From Takakia lepidozioides (lineage: Eukaryota; Plantae; Bryophyta), in contig CM060731.1 in assembly GCA_030704615.1 (NCBI GenBank), positions 54,994,001 through 55,058,000 of the forward strand: 64,000 bases of DNA, in the 5' to 3' direction. The notes below the pieces were generated by a model. The model ran no database searches. It saw only the letters and a list, made by a program, of their open reading frames with translations, and was not told the origin of the DNA. A program made the position numbers and the translations under genes. Every line of letters starts with the position of its first letter. The first letter of the stretch is position 1. This document shows, piece by piece, positions 39,125 through 51,400 of the stretch.

Positions 39125-41440
39125 CGTGAGCCTCACGCGTGAGCGTATGAGCGTACGCTCACACACTGGTGACGTGGCGTGAGTGTGATGCCATCAGGTT
39201 GCCATGGTGTCGAATGCTGACGTGGTGCCAGGTCAGCATCCGCCACGTCAACAAAAATATACGGCGCCTATACCCGAGGGTCGTATGACCGTGGGATGAA
39301 CGTAGACAACACGAAACCAAAATACCATCAAGAATACCATCAAAATACCCGAAATAGAAAATAAGCCTAAAACTATGGCATCCATTCCACAACATTCTGC
39401 AATTACAATTGTAAGTTTTACAATAACAACTACAAGGAGGACAAAATAATCTCATAAGGCTCTATAGAGGCTGACCTAGGAAGACCCTGCTTCCTCCCCA
39501 AATAACGAAGAAAGAGGGATCACGGTATCAAAAAGAAGCATGCAATACATAGCGACACAACAAAGATACATGGTAGACCGAGATGGAAGACCAAATAATA
39601 GGAAAATAGCATCCAACCAGAGGGAACATCTACAAACACCTTCCCCCGACCATGCGGAACGCCTTACGGGACAGAGACAAAAGGTCTGAGTGGACCGAGC
39701 TTACAAGTTTAGCAGAAGATGGTTTCCCCTCAAAGTCAAGAGCCCATCTTGACGTCCAAAGGTGCCATGATGCACGAGTTCTAAGAACTTGCCACATAGA
39801 GCACACGCCAAATGCCAAAACAGAACAGAAGTGATGATTGTTGACGATCATCACGACCTCTACCAAAATGCCAAACCAAAGTAATTTATTTTTGTTTTGG
39901 AACAATGAGGAACGCCAAAAAAAAAAAAAAAAAAAAAAAAAACCAGAGCAAAATTGATGATCGGTGCTGATCATCGCTTACAGTGCTTCAAGATTTTGCA
40001 TAGTATTTTTCATTTCGGCTAGAAATGTGGTTCACATTGTTTTCCTTTCGTGTTTGAGTTCTGCATCTTTCCCCTATTGCAAAGTTAGTTGTCCATCAAA
40101 ACATGATCTTAGGGCTGGAAGGAAGTGATGATCGGCACCGATCATCACTCAAACTGCTATGTGCTTTCGCAGCGAAATCTTCATTTCGCCCAGAAATATG
40201 AATTTCGTTTTGCTTTCGTGTTTCAGTCCTACCTTTCCCCGATTGAAATTGAAATCTTCAAGAAAATGTGGTGATCGGCGGCGATCATCACATTTAGACC
40301 TTCTTCAGGGTGATACTTGTGAGGTAGTAGAATTCCCATCAACAGTCACTCTCTGTAGGGAATGTGATGATCGTCGCCGATCATCACATTCTCATGTTTT
40401 GTGAACTGACATGTTGGGAATTGCATTGGGTTTGCGAGTTCGCAGGTACACAAAATATGTGCTCATGGAGGGAAAACACTTGAGCGGTGTCTCTGATTAT
40501 CTTGACATGTGGTCGGATCCTCGCTTGGGATCACAAACCGATCCCGTATTCGATAGTCCCCTGCCCAGTTTTTTACTCCCTGTGTATGCAGCAGAAATGA
40601 CACTTTGCATGTCCGAGGCTCCATCACCTGATCCCATAATGTCTGCACGCGGGAGTAGACATCCCAGATCCCGAGTTATGAAATTTTTGGACTTGGATGC
40701 AGAGGATGCGGGGATATATTATGATGAGTCCAAGTCAGATTGACCTTCAAAGTTTCTATGGATTCTTTCTTCATCCTCATAAAAGTATTTTGACTTGTTG
40801 CGACTGTTCATTTGTCCCAAATACGAACGGAATGACTAATTACAAAACACACATTCACGGCTTGACATGGCCCTACATGATATTGAAAGACAGGAAATCC
40901 AACAAAGTTTGAAATTGCTTTCAGGAAAAAAACTACATCAATCCATCACAGTGTTCACACTCATTCCCCATACGTTCATCCATTCTACATTCATCCATCC
41001 TGCATTCATGAATCTTTCACATTGTTCGCACTCATTTATGTTATATTCCTCCATGCTACATTCATCCATCCTGCATTTATCCATCCTATCGGATGGCTGG
41101 ATGTTAAAGATGTAGTTTGCAATGAAACGATTCGCGATGTAGAGGAACGATATAAAGAAGCTACTGATAAGCTTGCAACATGCAAAATTCAAGGCAGATG
41201 AAATTCGGGTGAATGGACTTTCTCAAATGGAAAGGGAAAAACAAGAATAATTCATGCTGCTGATGAAGATTAAAGTGTAAATCATTCCGCAGAAATAGGC
41301 ACCTACCTTCTGTCCACGGTTATAGGTCCGTGCCTTTGGAAATGACGTGGCGTCAACCATGTTGGCGAGGGCTACTGACGTGTCGTGACACCCGTGAACC
41401 AACGTGGCGTCCTGACTGCACTCACGCGGCAAGGCTCACG
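39125..41440. mobile_element. 2.3-kb non-autonomous TIR element (CGTGAGCCT...AGGCTCACG) with 3-bp TSD CGG
   Basis: Inverted termini, flanking CGG (39122-39124 and 41441-41443), subterminal GACGTGG motifs at both ends, inserted in the L1. Confidence 0.65.
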
Positions 41441-41808
41441 CGGAGGCATTCCCCCTCCCTCAAGTGCATTGTTCAAGGCTCTAATCTCAAGCCCCCGGGT
41501 CAAGTAGATCCAAAGCATGGCAATCCATCTGGACTGTTTGGTTGAGAATTAGGTCTTGTCTCTCCCAAATATCGTCAACTTCAGCAGACGAGGTTTTACG
41601 ACAACCGTTGTTTGCTAATTTTAACATTGACTCGGAGGCTCTTATGACTCATCCAAATGCTGGGCTCACTGGGAAACTGCTGGTATAGCTCACCTTTCGC
41701 ATATCTGGGAACATGGTTCTCTCCTCCCTATGCGATCCTTGAGTTATCTATTCGAAGAGTCTCAGCAGGCTGGCACTCTGTCACATCAGATTTTTCTTTT
41801 TCTTGGTT

Positions 41809-42841
41809 CACTACTGGAAATGGGGGGGGGGGGGGGGGGGTTTAGCGATGTCAGCCGTGCCCCCACGTTGGGCGCGGCGCTAGGCCCCCAAGGGCGTTGG
41901 GACATGTGGTAGTGGAGCATCGCCACGGGGGTTGTGACCCCCCCAGCGTCACAAAAGCGTCGCTGGGGGCACCCCGCGCTGGGGCGCCCAACGCTGCGAC
42001 CCCAGGGGGTCGCAACGACATCGCCACAATTCCAACGTCACGAAATCGTTGCTAGGGGCGCCCAACGCTGCGACGCCAGGGGGTCGCAACAGCGTCACCA
42101 TAGGGGGTCGTAACGGTGTCGTAGCCAGCTTAAGACATCACAAGGACGTTGTTTGGGGCACCTAGCGCTGGGGCTGCAACAACGGCGACGACGCTGGGGC
42201 TGGGGCTGGGCACTAAGGCTGCAGAGGTTGCAACTCCCCCGCGTCACAAGAGGGACCCCCTTAGAAAGAAATCTTGATATGCATATATATATACTTAGAC
42301 TGCTTTTGTGATACATAGATGTGTCGTAGGCGTGTTGGTTAGTCTATAGTGTCTTAGAAATGTTATAACGTGGAGGTCCTAGGTTCAAGTATGCATTGCC
42401 TAACATATGTAGAACAATGAAAGTACTGCCATTGGACAGAACCAGAGTCAATGGTCAACATGTTTTTGAAATTCAAAATTCAAATTCAAATTCAAATTTT
42501 GAAGTTCAAAATTTCCCACCTAAATTCAAATGTATCCCCCTAAACTGTGACGTTTGGGGATCGCACTTTGTGAGCCCTGGACATCGCTAGTGTGGCATCG
42601 CATATAATGATTTTTTTTTTAAATTTAAATTTTTGTGTTTTTTTGGGATGTCCGGGGCTTGCAAGTTGCGCCGGCGTTACTTAGCGACCCCCATCCGTCG
42701 GTAAATAGCGACGGTATTCTAGCCACGCCCCTACGACTGTACTGCGACGCCCGGGCGTCACAATTTGGGGCTTGTACCCCGCCCCAAAATGGGGCTTTAG
42801 CGACGTCACGGCGTCGCTAACCCCCCCTTTTTCATGTAGTG
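41809..42841. mobile_element. Non-autonomous CACTA (En/Spm) element
   Basis: Termini CACTAC...GTAGTG with TIR extending to G-run-TTAGCGA; 3-bp TSD GTT (41806-41808, 42842-42844); subterminal GCGAC/GTCGC repeats. Confidence 0.88.
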
Positions 42842-43818
42842 GTTTCTGTTAACATTGGCTTCTCTTCTCCTCATTCTTCTTTTGCCTTCTATGCTCTTCA
42901 TCGAGATCATAATCTACTTCATGGATAGAACAAATGCAATTGACACCATTTTCTCTCTTTGTTGGGACTCCATCACTGAGGATAACCTCTTTTCTATTCG
43001 TGTCTTTTGTCTTGATTCATGATAGATTAACCCTATCCTATCCTATCAACACTATCCTAACTCTTTCAAATGGTTTTTGACAACTCCTCTCAATCTACTT
43101 CAGTTTGACCCAAGCGAATGGTTGTGGATGACTCCTAAACATGATCCATTCTTTTGCCTATTTTGTCAAACTCGGCTACTCCTTGCTAAGGCCAACCCTT
43201 TCCATGGACCACAAGCTTTGTCATAAGTGGCGACGTTTGGATCATATACCCCTCTGTTGGAATCATGTCTGGAAAGATGTTTGGAGAAAAGATAGAGCTA
43301 GCTGAAGGAGAAGAGCCCGAGGTCAATTGGCGACACAAATGTAGCCTCAGGAATACTAGATCAAAAGTTCATCTCTCTTTTGAAAAATCTAAAAGGAAGC
43401 ATGGTAGCGTCTGGTGCTCTGTAGCTTCTGTTAGGCTCCACCCTGGGACTCCAGTCACGAGGCACTGTCCCATTGTTGGTCTGCATGGCTTCTTGCAAGG
43501 TTATTTTTCCTTGCTACCCCCTGTAATACTTTATTTATCTCCATTCAATAAAGATTTGAGGGCCACCGTGCCCTCTTCCTTAAGAAAAAAACAAAAAAAA
43601 AAAACTGATAGCATGACGTGTCATTGCTATCAATTTCAAAGCTTTGTCATGCCAACTCCAAAACAAGCTCTGCAAAAACATAACCATCGTATGTCCACCC
43701 AAAAAAAGAGCAATGGGAAGGTGTTAGAAACAGTGGAGTCAACACCGTCATTTTTTTTATACATCCCTGCTGATTTATTTTTGTAAAAATAACCCATGCA
43801 TATATACTATGTCTATAC

Positions 43819-44470
43819 TAGTGTTGGACCGGTATATAGGTCCACCCGGGTATCAATACTGATATCAACTGGGGTAGGTAAGACCATACCCGGCTGGTAG
43901 GTAGGGTGGCCAATACCCGGGCAATACCATACTAGGGGCAATACATACCTTGCTCCATATTATGGTATATACCATACCCATCTGGTATTGCGATGTACAA
44001 GATGGGTATTGATACCGGTATTGCTGCTATGTGAGCCTCCAAAGGTTCAGTAGGTGTATGTGTGGAGTTAAGGCGAGGGCATTTATGGCATCTGCTTTAT
44101 ACTCAATGTACAATATGTAAAAATACAGGTATGGTATGGTGTATTTTTGCAATGTTGTATGAGCAATGTATTTTTGTATGTGCATTGTGCCGTAATTGTG
44201 ATCCATTGTGAAAGTCAATTCTTTTTCTCAGGTTATTGAATATTTTCTTGAATATATTAAATATTTCATATACATACCTGGGCAATATTCATATTCCCCC
44301 CATATGAGAGGGAAAAAAAAAATATTGATACCTTATTGATATACATCCACAATTCTACTTTATTGATACCCTCCTATACCAGGATCATACCAGTATTGGG
44401 AAATGTGGGCCCTTGTGATACCAAGAACATTCTGGTATCATATTTTCGTGATACCAGTCTATACCACAGC
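43819..44470. mobile_element. Possible hAT-like MITE with dispersed GATACC/GGTATC/CAATACC motifs
   Basis: Starts TAGTGTT; many short motifs in both orientations near both ends with an AT-rich centre. No TSD confirmed. Confidence 0.35.
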
Positions 44471-45448
44471 TCGTAGTAGGGACGGTGTTGAAAACGATGG
44501 TGTCAACGCCATCCATTTTGACACCCTCCCTATTATTATTTATTTTATTTTATTATTTTTTCTAAAATGAATTTCAAATAGCAAATGTTATCTACGTCTA
44601 GACCCAAAAAAGAGCAAGATGGAGGTTGACAAAAATGTTGTTGTCAACACCATCAGAGTTGATATCCTCCATGGTGATCACCGCATCAAGAATTGTAGCT
44701 TCTTAGCAAACTAGCTTCTAGTCTTGGCTAGCTCAAAACTCTAGACTGGCCTCTGCTCTCAGCTATGTTCTCGGCTTTTGTTTTTTCCCTTCGATCCTTT
44801 TTAGTCTCTTGTAGACTTTGAACTCTTTTCTACAGTTTTTTGGTCTCGAGGTGGTATCCCCTGCGTTGCTTTACGGACTTTTGGAAAACGGGTTAATTTT
44901 TTCTCGTCACGTTCTTAATTTGATCAAAAAGGCCTCCGTCCCCTTTAGAAAGAAAACAGATCGACAAAAATAGGGTCATATATGTATAATAGGTCCACAT
45001 ATATAGGGCCTTATTTAGAACATATGTCAAAATATTGGGCTTACAATTCACTAATCATCAGCCTGTACTCCCAAATTAATGCCTAGTGTGAGCCTATGAA
45101 TAACGACTGTGAGCATGGGCTCACGCAGTTGCATCACTGCATTATATGCATCTGTACATCTGCTAAATGGCGTCTCTGAATTTTGATGTGTAGTTGTACT
45201 AATGCAGAGGGGGCCAGGCATTTTCAGGGAGACCCTCAAACCCAAAGGCTTTACAATTTTTCTGTGTAAAATCTCAACTACTTCCAATGAGGTAGACACA
45301 CTTAAACACTTGAGTATCATGTGCATTCCAAGAAGGTACAAGGAGTAAACTTGCTGGCACCAATCAGCACTCCCATCTTTTTTCCAGTTTAGAGCACAGC
45401 AACTCGATTGGCAGTCTCTCAGTTACAGTGTGAACACACCATTCTTCA

Positions 45449-48400
45449 TCAGTCAATTTTCTGCCTCATCTGCTTCACCCGAACACTATGTTCGTGCCAA
45501 TTTGCCCATGATTCCCTCACCTCTGCTAATTCGTCCTCAGGAATACCGACATTTCTTTCCAGATTGTCCAACCACACATTCCAAGTAGGTTCAGCCTCAT
45601 TCAGCAATGGAGTGATTTCTGGCATCAAAACAGCCTGGGAGAACTTATCAGCCCTGTTGGCAATCACCTCTGACATGGCCAACCTTGGAAGCTGCTCTGA
45701 ACTCTTCCCTGCAAAACAACTCCTACCAGAAGTGGCATTTACTTCGGGATCTCCGTTCTTCTTGTAATAAGGGGGAACCCGAAAGGGCAAGAACTCATTG
45801 CTTGACAGAATTAGACCTTCTGGAGGGGCGAGTGGGAGAACTATGCGCACATGGCATGACAGGGACATGGGGATGGTGTCCTGTGGCAGCAGCTCCCGAA
45901 ACACTGCCACTGCTGTTCCCACCATTTTGCGTATCTGTATTCCAAGTTGTACCAAATGTGTCAGACAACCACTGGCATACCAATGGAGATACAGAAATTA
46001 CTCATTGACCGCATCGAAGCTTGCCTGCAATTGGACAACGATTTTGGACTCCCAATCAGAACCCAGAAATCAAATGGAAGGCCTAACACAATGACCAATT
46101 ATTGAAGTGTTGGCTTTGACATCCCACTTTGCTCAGCGTTAGCTTTTTAAAGTGCTATCATACACGGATTTTACTATGAAGGGCCCTGCACTCCACGACC
46201 TTCAAGCTGCTCTGCCTTCAAGCAGAACAATGGGCTCCGTGGACAAGAAAAACTCACCCTCTTGTATAGCGCCACAAGAGAAGTCATACAGGTAGTTAAA
46301 ACTCCTAAATATCAACTGCTATGGGATGAGTCTTATATCATTTGAAAACTCTTGATAAGTTGTGGTATTTACTTCTAAAACAAATCAAGTAATCTTCTTC
46401 AAATCTAATATATATCAATGTGAGAGCTTAGTAAACTCTGAACCTCACATTTGAGAGGTAACCAAAGATACAATTGAAGGAAGAGCATCAAAGCTCAAAA
46501 GATAAGGAAGAACATTCAAAGATGAGAACATAGGCACAAGGAAAAACATCCAGGAAAAACATATGGAAGAAGAACAAACAATATAATGTATGCAGAAGAC
46601 GTTCTTTGCCGTAGCTAAGATTAGTGTGAGCAGCACCAGTACTTCCCAGGAGGTCATCCATCCCAGTACTCTTCCGGCCCAAAGGCACTTAACTTCAGAG
46701 TTCTGAAGGGATCTGGTGTAGTATCCTAGGTATGACCACATCACGAAGCAACAACACTAGAATGTACTCATAAGACTTTCTTTGCCATAGCCTTGTGGTC
46801 ATAGACCCCACACCCAGTTTGGACAGAAACATAGGGAATAGACAATAGACACTACCTTTACGAGGGGCTCACACCACTAGTGGGACTTACCTTGGTACTA
46901 ACAATAGTTTCGACTTTCCAGATATCCTCTAGGAAGCCCTTCACACAATCTGCTGTGTGTGAGCTGCCCAGCAATTATACCAACAGGGCCACAGCCATTA
47001 GGCTCAGCCTTGAGATTTTCAAACGGAGGTGTGGATCAATGTTCTTGATGTTCCTGAAGAGGGTCACTCTCTTGTGAGAACACTAAGGACAATGTATGAG
47101 AAAATGGATATGGTCTTCAGGTTTCCTCTCTACATCTGTCTATTGCTCCAGGGTAGGCTTCCCGCCAAGTTCAAATTTCAGTCTAGTGCCGAGGGTAGGT
47201 GGGCCCTTCAGATCATCCTCAAGGTCCTTGTTCAGGGAAGTTTTATGCCTAACTTCATTATCAGCAGACAGTCTTTGCGAATCAGACATGGCTTTGGGTA
47301 TAACACATAACCCCCTTCTCGTCAGCTTCAGTAGAGTCAATTTTTCTGGACTAATATTCACTTGAAAATCTCTTCCACCCTTTTCTGCCAAGACTTGGCC
47401 TGTTTAACAGGACAGACTTGCTTCCAAGAAATGGCGTCAATTATCTTAGGGTATCTGGTGTTAGACATGTGAACTGACCCCACCATTGGACCTTCAATTC
47501 ATCTTGTAGAGAGCTTAAGGGAGGCATGCCAAACTCACCCCAAATAGCCACATTAGTTGTTCTAGAGCATGCTGACATGCTTCCTTTGAGCACTGACCTG
47601 AATAGATTCTAGAGACTTAGCATGGTTGGAATGGTTGACCCACACAGCAGATGTGTACTCCAAGGCAGGCCTTATAACATTGCAAAACATGCTTCTTTTA
47701 ACTTCAGTATTAATCCTCTGCAGTGAGACCCAAAGCTTTGCGTTTATCACTTTTGCTCTATGCACCCAGTTACAGCCGGAAAACTCAACACCAAGATATG
47801 TGTAGGAAGGGAATACAGGATATCTTCAACACCCCATTTCCAGTGGAGATCCCTTCCTCCCTCCCCACGGTCGTTGAATATCACCACTGTGATTTACTAA
47901 CATTAGCTTCTAGCCTCCACATGTCAAAGAACCTCTTTGCACAATCAATCAACCCCTGGAGATTGGATGGGGTATCCCCTAGGCCTGTCAAGTCATCCGC
48001 AAACATAAGGCTGGTATGGTGGGAAAGAATGAAAGCAGTCTCATCACCTATAGAGTCAATCCAAGGGAACAAGACAATCAACTAACTCATGTATAACAAT
48101 GACCAACTGTCATAAAAACAGGAAAAGGACAAAAGATTGTACTCATAAGACATTGTTTGCCGTAGCCTTGTGGCCATTGACCCCGCGCCCAGTTTGAACG
48201 GAACATAAAGGGACAGAAACTACCTTTGTCAGGGGCTGATACCGGTAGTATGATTTACCTTGGAATAAACAGTTGATCCAAGATTTCCACATATCCTCCA
48301 GAAATCCCTTCACACAAGCATCAATCTGATGTGTGTGATTTGCCCAATAGCTAGACCCCAAAAGGGCCTGGGCTTTTGGCTCAGCCTCAAGATTTTCAAA

Positions 48401-51400
48401 GTTGTTAAACAGAGGTACAGGCACAATTTCCTTGATGGAATGGAAGAGGGTGTCCTGTTGGTGAGAGTACCCAGGACAATGAATCAGGAAGTGAATATTG
48501 TCTTCAGGTTGCCCACACAACGGGCACTTACAATCCCCCTTTCCTCTCTGCGACTGTTTGTTGTTCAAAGGTAGGCTATCCGCCCTGAGTTTGAATTTCA
48601 GTCTAGTGCCGAGGGTGGGTAGACCCTTGAGGTCATCCATGATGGCCTTACCCATGTCATAGACTGGAAACAGGTTGAGGGAAGTTTTCTGCCTGACTTC
48701 ATTTTCTTCAGACAATTTCCTGGCAACAGACATGGCTTCGGAAACTTCAGCTTCTAAGCCAGATTTATCCAGCAGGGTCATGGCTAGTGGACTAAGATTC
48801 AGATCCTTGAAAATCTCTTCTACCCTTTTCCGCCAGGATTTAGCCTGTTTGACAGGGCGGTCCAGCTTCCAAGATATAGAGTCGATTAACTTAGGATATC
48901 TGGTATTAGCCACACGTTGCAGCTGACCCCACCATCTGATTTTGAGTTCATCGCGTCAGGAGCTTAAGGGAGGAATGCCAAACCCACCCCAAACAGCCAC
49001 ATTAGCTGTTTTGGAGCATGCTGACATGCACTCCTTGAGCACCCCGACTTGGATGGATTCAAGAGACTTAGCCTGGTTGGTGTTATCAACCCATACAGCA
49101 GATGCATACTCCAAGGCCGGCCTGATAACGAGGCAAAGCATGGTTTTTTTGACTTCAGAGTTGATCCCTCTGCAGTGGAAAAATTTAGTGAGACCCAGCG
49201 CTTTGCGTTTGCCAGATTGAGCCACTCTTTGAATATATGTGCTTCCCAATTACAGTTGGAGGAAAACTCAACGCCAAGATAGGTGTAGGAGGGGAGAAAA
49301 GGGATCTCTTGGCTTCCCCACTGCCACTTGAGATCGCCTCCTCCTTCCCCCCGGTCGTTGAATGCCACCACTGCGCATTTACTGACATTGGCCTCTAGCC
49401 CCCAAAGATCAAAGTATCTCTTCGCGCAATCTATCAGCCCCTGGAGGTTGGAAGGAGTCATCCGCAAACATAAGGGCTGGTATGGTGGCTTCACCCACCC
49501 TTAACCCAAATCCCTCACTTTCCACATCCTCCAGTAGTTGATTGATGAAAACATTGAAGAGCAGAGGGGAGAGGGTACATCCTTGAGCTACACCTTGGTC
49601 TATGTCAAAGAAATTAGACTTCTGTCCATTTACAGTGACACAGCTTTTAGTGTGAGCATACAAGTTATGGACCACTCTCCACATCTTTCCCTTGATCCCG
49701 GAAGACCAGAGTCGGAGCCATAGACCGTCTCTCCACACAGTGTCATAGGCCTTTTTGACATCCAAGAAAAAGACAAAAGTAGGTTTCCCTTCTTTTTTCC
49801 TTCCCTGGATAATCTGGCTGAGTGTGAAGATATGATCCATGCAGCCGAAAGCCAGCTTGGCCTTCATGGAAACAACCTCTGGACTCCAGATCAACCTCGA
49901 GACGAGTACTTATAACTCTGCAGAATATCTTGCCAACTGCATTAAAAGCGTGATGCCCCGATAGTTACCCGGCTCTTCTCTGTCACCTTTCTTATATAAA
50001 TTGACAATGACAAAAGGACAAAAGAGAGAGAGAGAGAGAGAGACAACCAAACATCAGTGGGTTAGGAAAAACCCCCGCTTAAGAATTACAAAGTCTGCTC
50101 TTGATGACTTTGGAGCAAACCAAAGGCTGAAATCAATATAGGTACTTACAAGTATGTAGAGCACTTCTTATTTTCTTCATAGGAGACCAAAGCAAATTTC
50201 ATCTCTCAGCAACTTCAATAACATGCACATTTGAGAGACAGACGACTCATTAGAGCTGGTAAGTCTGAAAAACCTGTAGACTTGTTTCTAATAATACCAC
50301 ACCTAAGCCATGTTCAATTGGCTCAAGTGAGGCATCTTCATCATTCAATAATAACATATTCAGGTTAGAAATATCCGTTGAAAATGTCAATACCTCTTGA
50401 GGACTGTGGAACCAAAATATCATCTACAGACCTTACTGTACACAATTGGCAGGGTAAAGTCCCATTTAAGCGTTTCATGAACTCCCGTTCATGTTGGAGT
50501 GTCAAGGTTATAGCCCTTGCACGGCACTTTGAGAACAGAACGGGACGGGTAGCTCAGTGGTAGAGCACCTCACCGGAATGGGGGAGGTCCTAGGTTCAAT
50601 CCCTAGCCCGACCACACGCCAGTGGTTTTCCAACATGGTATCAGAGCCAAGGTTGGGGTGGTGGTCAGAATGGGTGGGCATTAGCTATAAGGGCTATGCC
50701 TTGAGGGGGAGTGTTGGAGTGTCAAGGTTATAGCCCTTGCACGGCACTTTGAGAACAGAACGGGACGGGTAGCTCAGTGGTAGAGCACCTCACCGGAATG
50801 GGGGAGGTCCTAGGTTCAATCCCTAGCCCGACCACACGCCAGTGGTTTTCCAACAGTTCATATGTGGAGATAACTTAGAAGACAACACAATTGGTACCCA
50901 TTGCAATCCCAATAGATGGCATAAAGATAGACTGACCCACAGTTACGAACGGGTTGTCAACCAAGAAGTCAAATCCTTGGGTTCAGTATCTTCAAATTCT
51001 AAACAATCCGTGGATTCAAGTTCATCTCTGCACTTCAGCCAAAAGTATTGGAGGTTTTTGAGAAAGGAGAAGTTTATATCTACGATGAAGGAACATAGAG
51101 TTTAAAACACATAAAACCAATATAAAAATTCGCACTTTTAGATCAAGCAAGATGATCTTTGCGCAACGTTGAGAAGTCGAAAGATTGTAAAACAAGTGGG
51201 GCTTCCTTATCTTTAATCAATCTAAAATGGTTGGAGTACTTGAATTATTAACCATTTCAAAAACTTTTGAAATCCAGCGGTTTACCAAGTGAAACTGCAC
51301 ATTTAGAAGGTAATGGTTTCCATAGGTCACTCACAGTAGGAAAAAGAGCTTTGTAAAAAACACGCCCACTTCGAAACTTCCATGAGGGAAGTATTGCATG

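Larger units (their letters stand above)
37160..43604 (+). mobile_element. Decayed L1-clade LINE ORF2 and 3' end, split by three insertions
   Basis: NYRLITLLNTTYKIIAKALALRL...ILDNVLL...LDFEKAFDNINW and SLYADD (~37820); later segments KFVHWNSIHLS...VVNQILLASTW and GGLGIIDL. AATAAA at ~43547, a GAGGGC/GCCCTC hairpin, and an A-rich tail at ~43585-43604. Confidence 0.8.

Noticed and set aside
46626-46743. Functional 5S rRNA gene
   Set aside because: It is solitary and intronic, its terminal helix is disrupted, it has no oligo-T terminator, and it is followed by a LINE tail.
50543-50614. Functional tRNA gene
   Set aside because: The acceptor stem has a mismatch, the anticodon loop is non-canonical (6 nt, or 7 nt with an A-G closing pair), and the sequence is embedded in TRIM LTRs.
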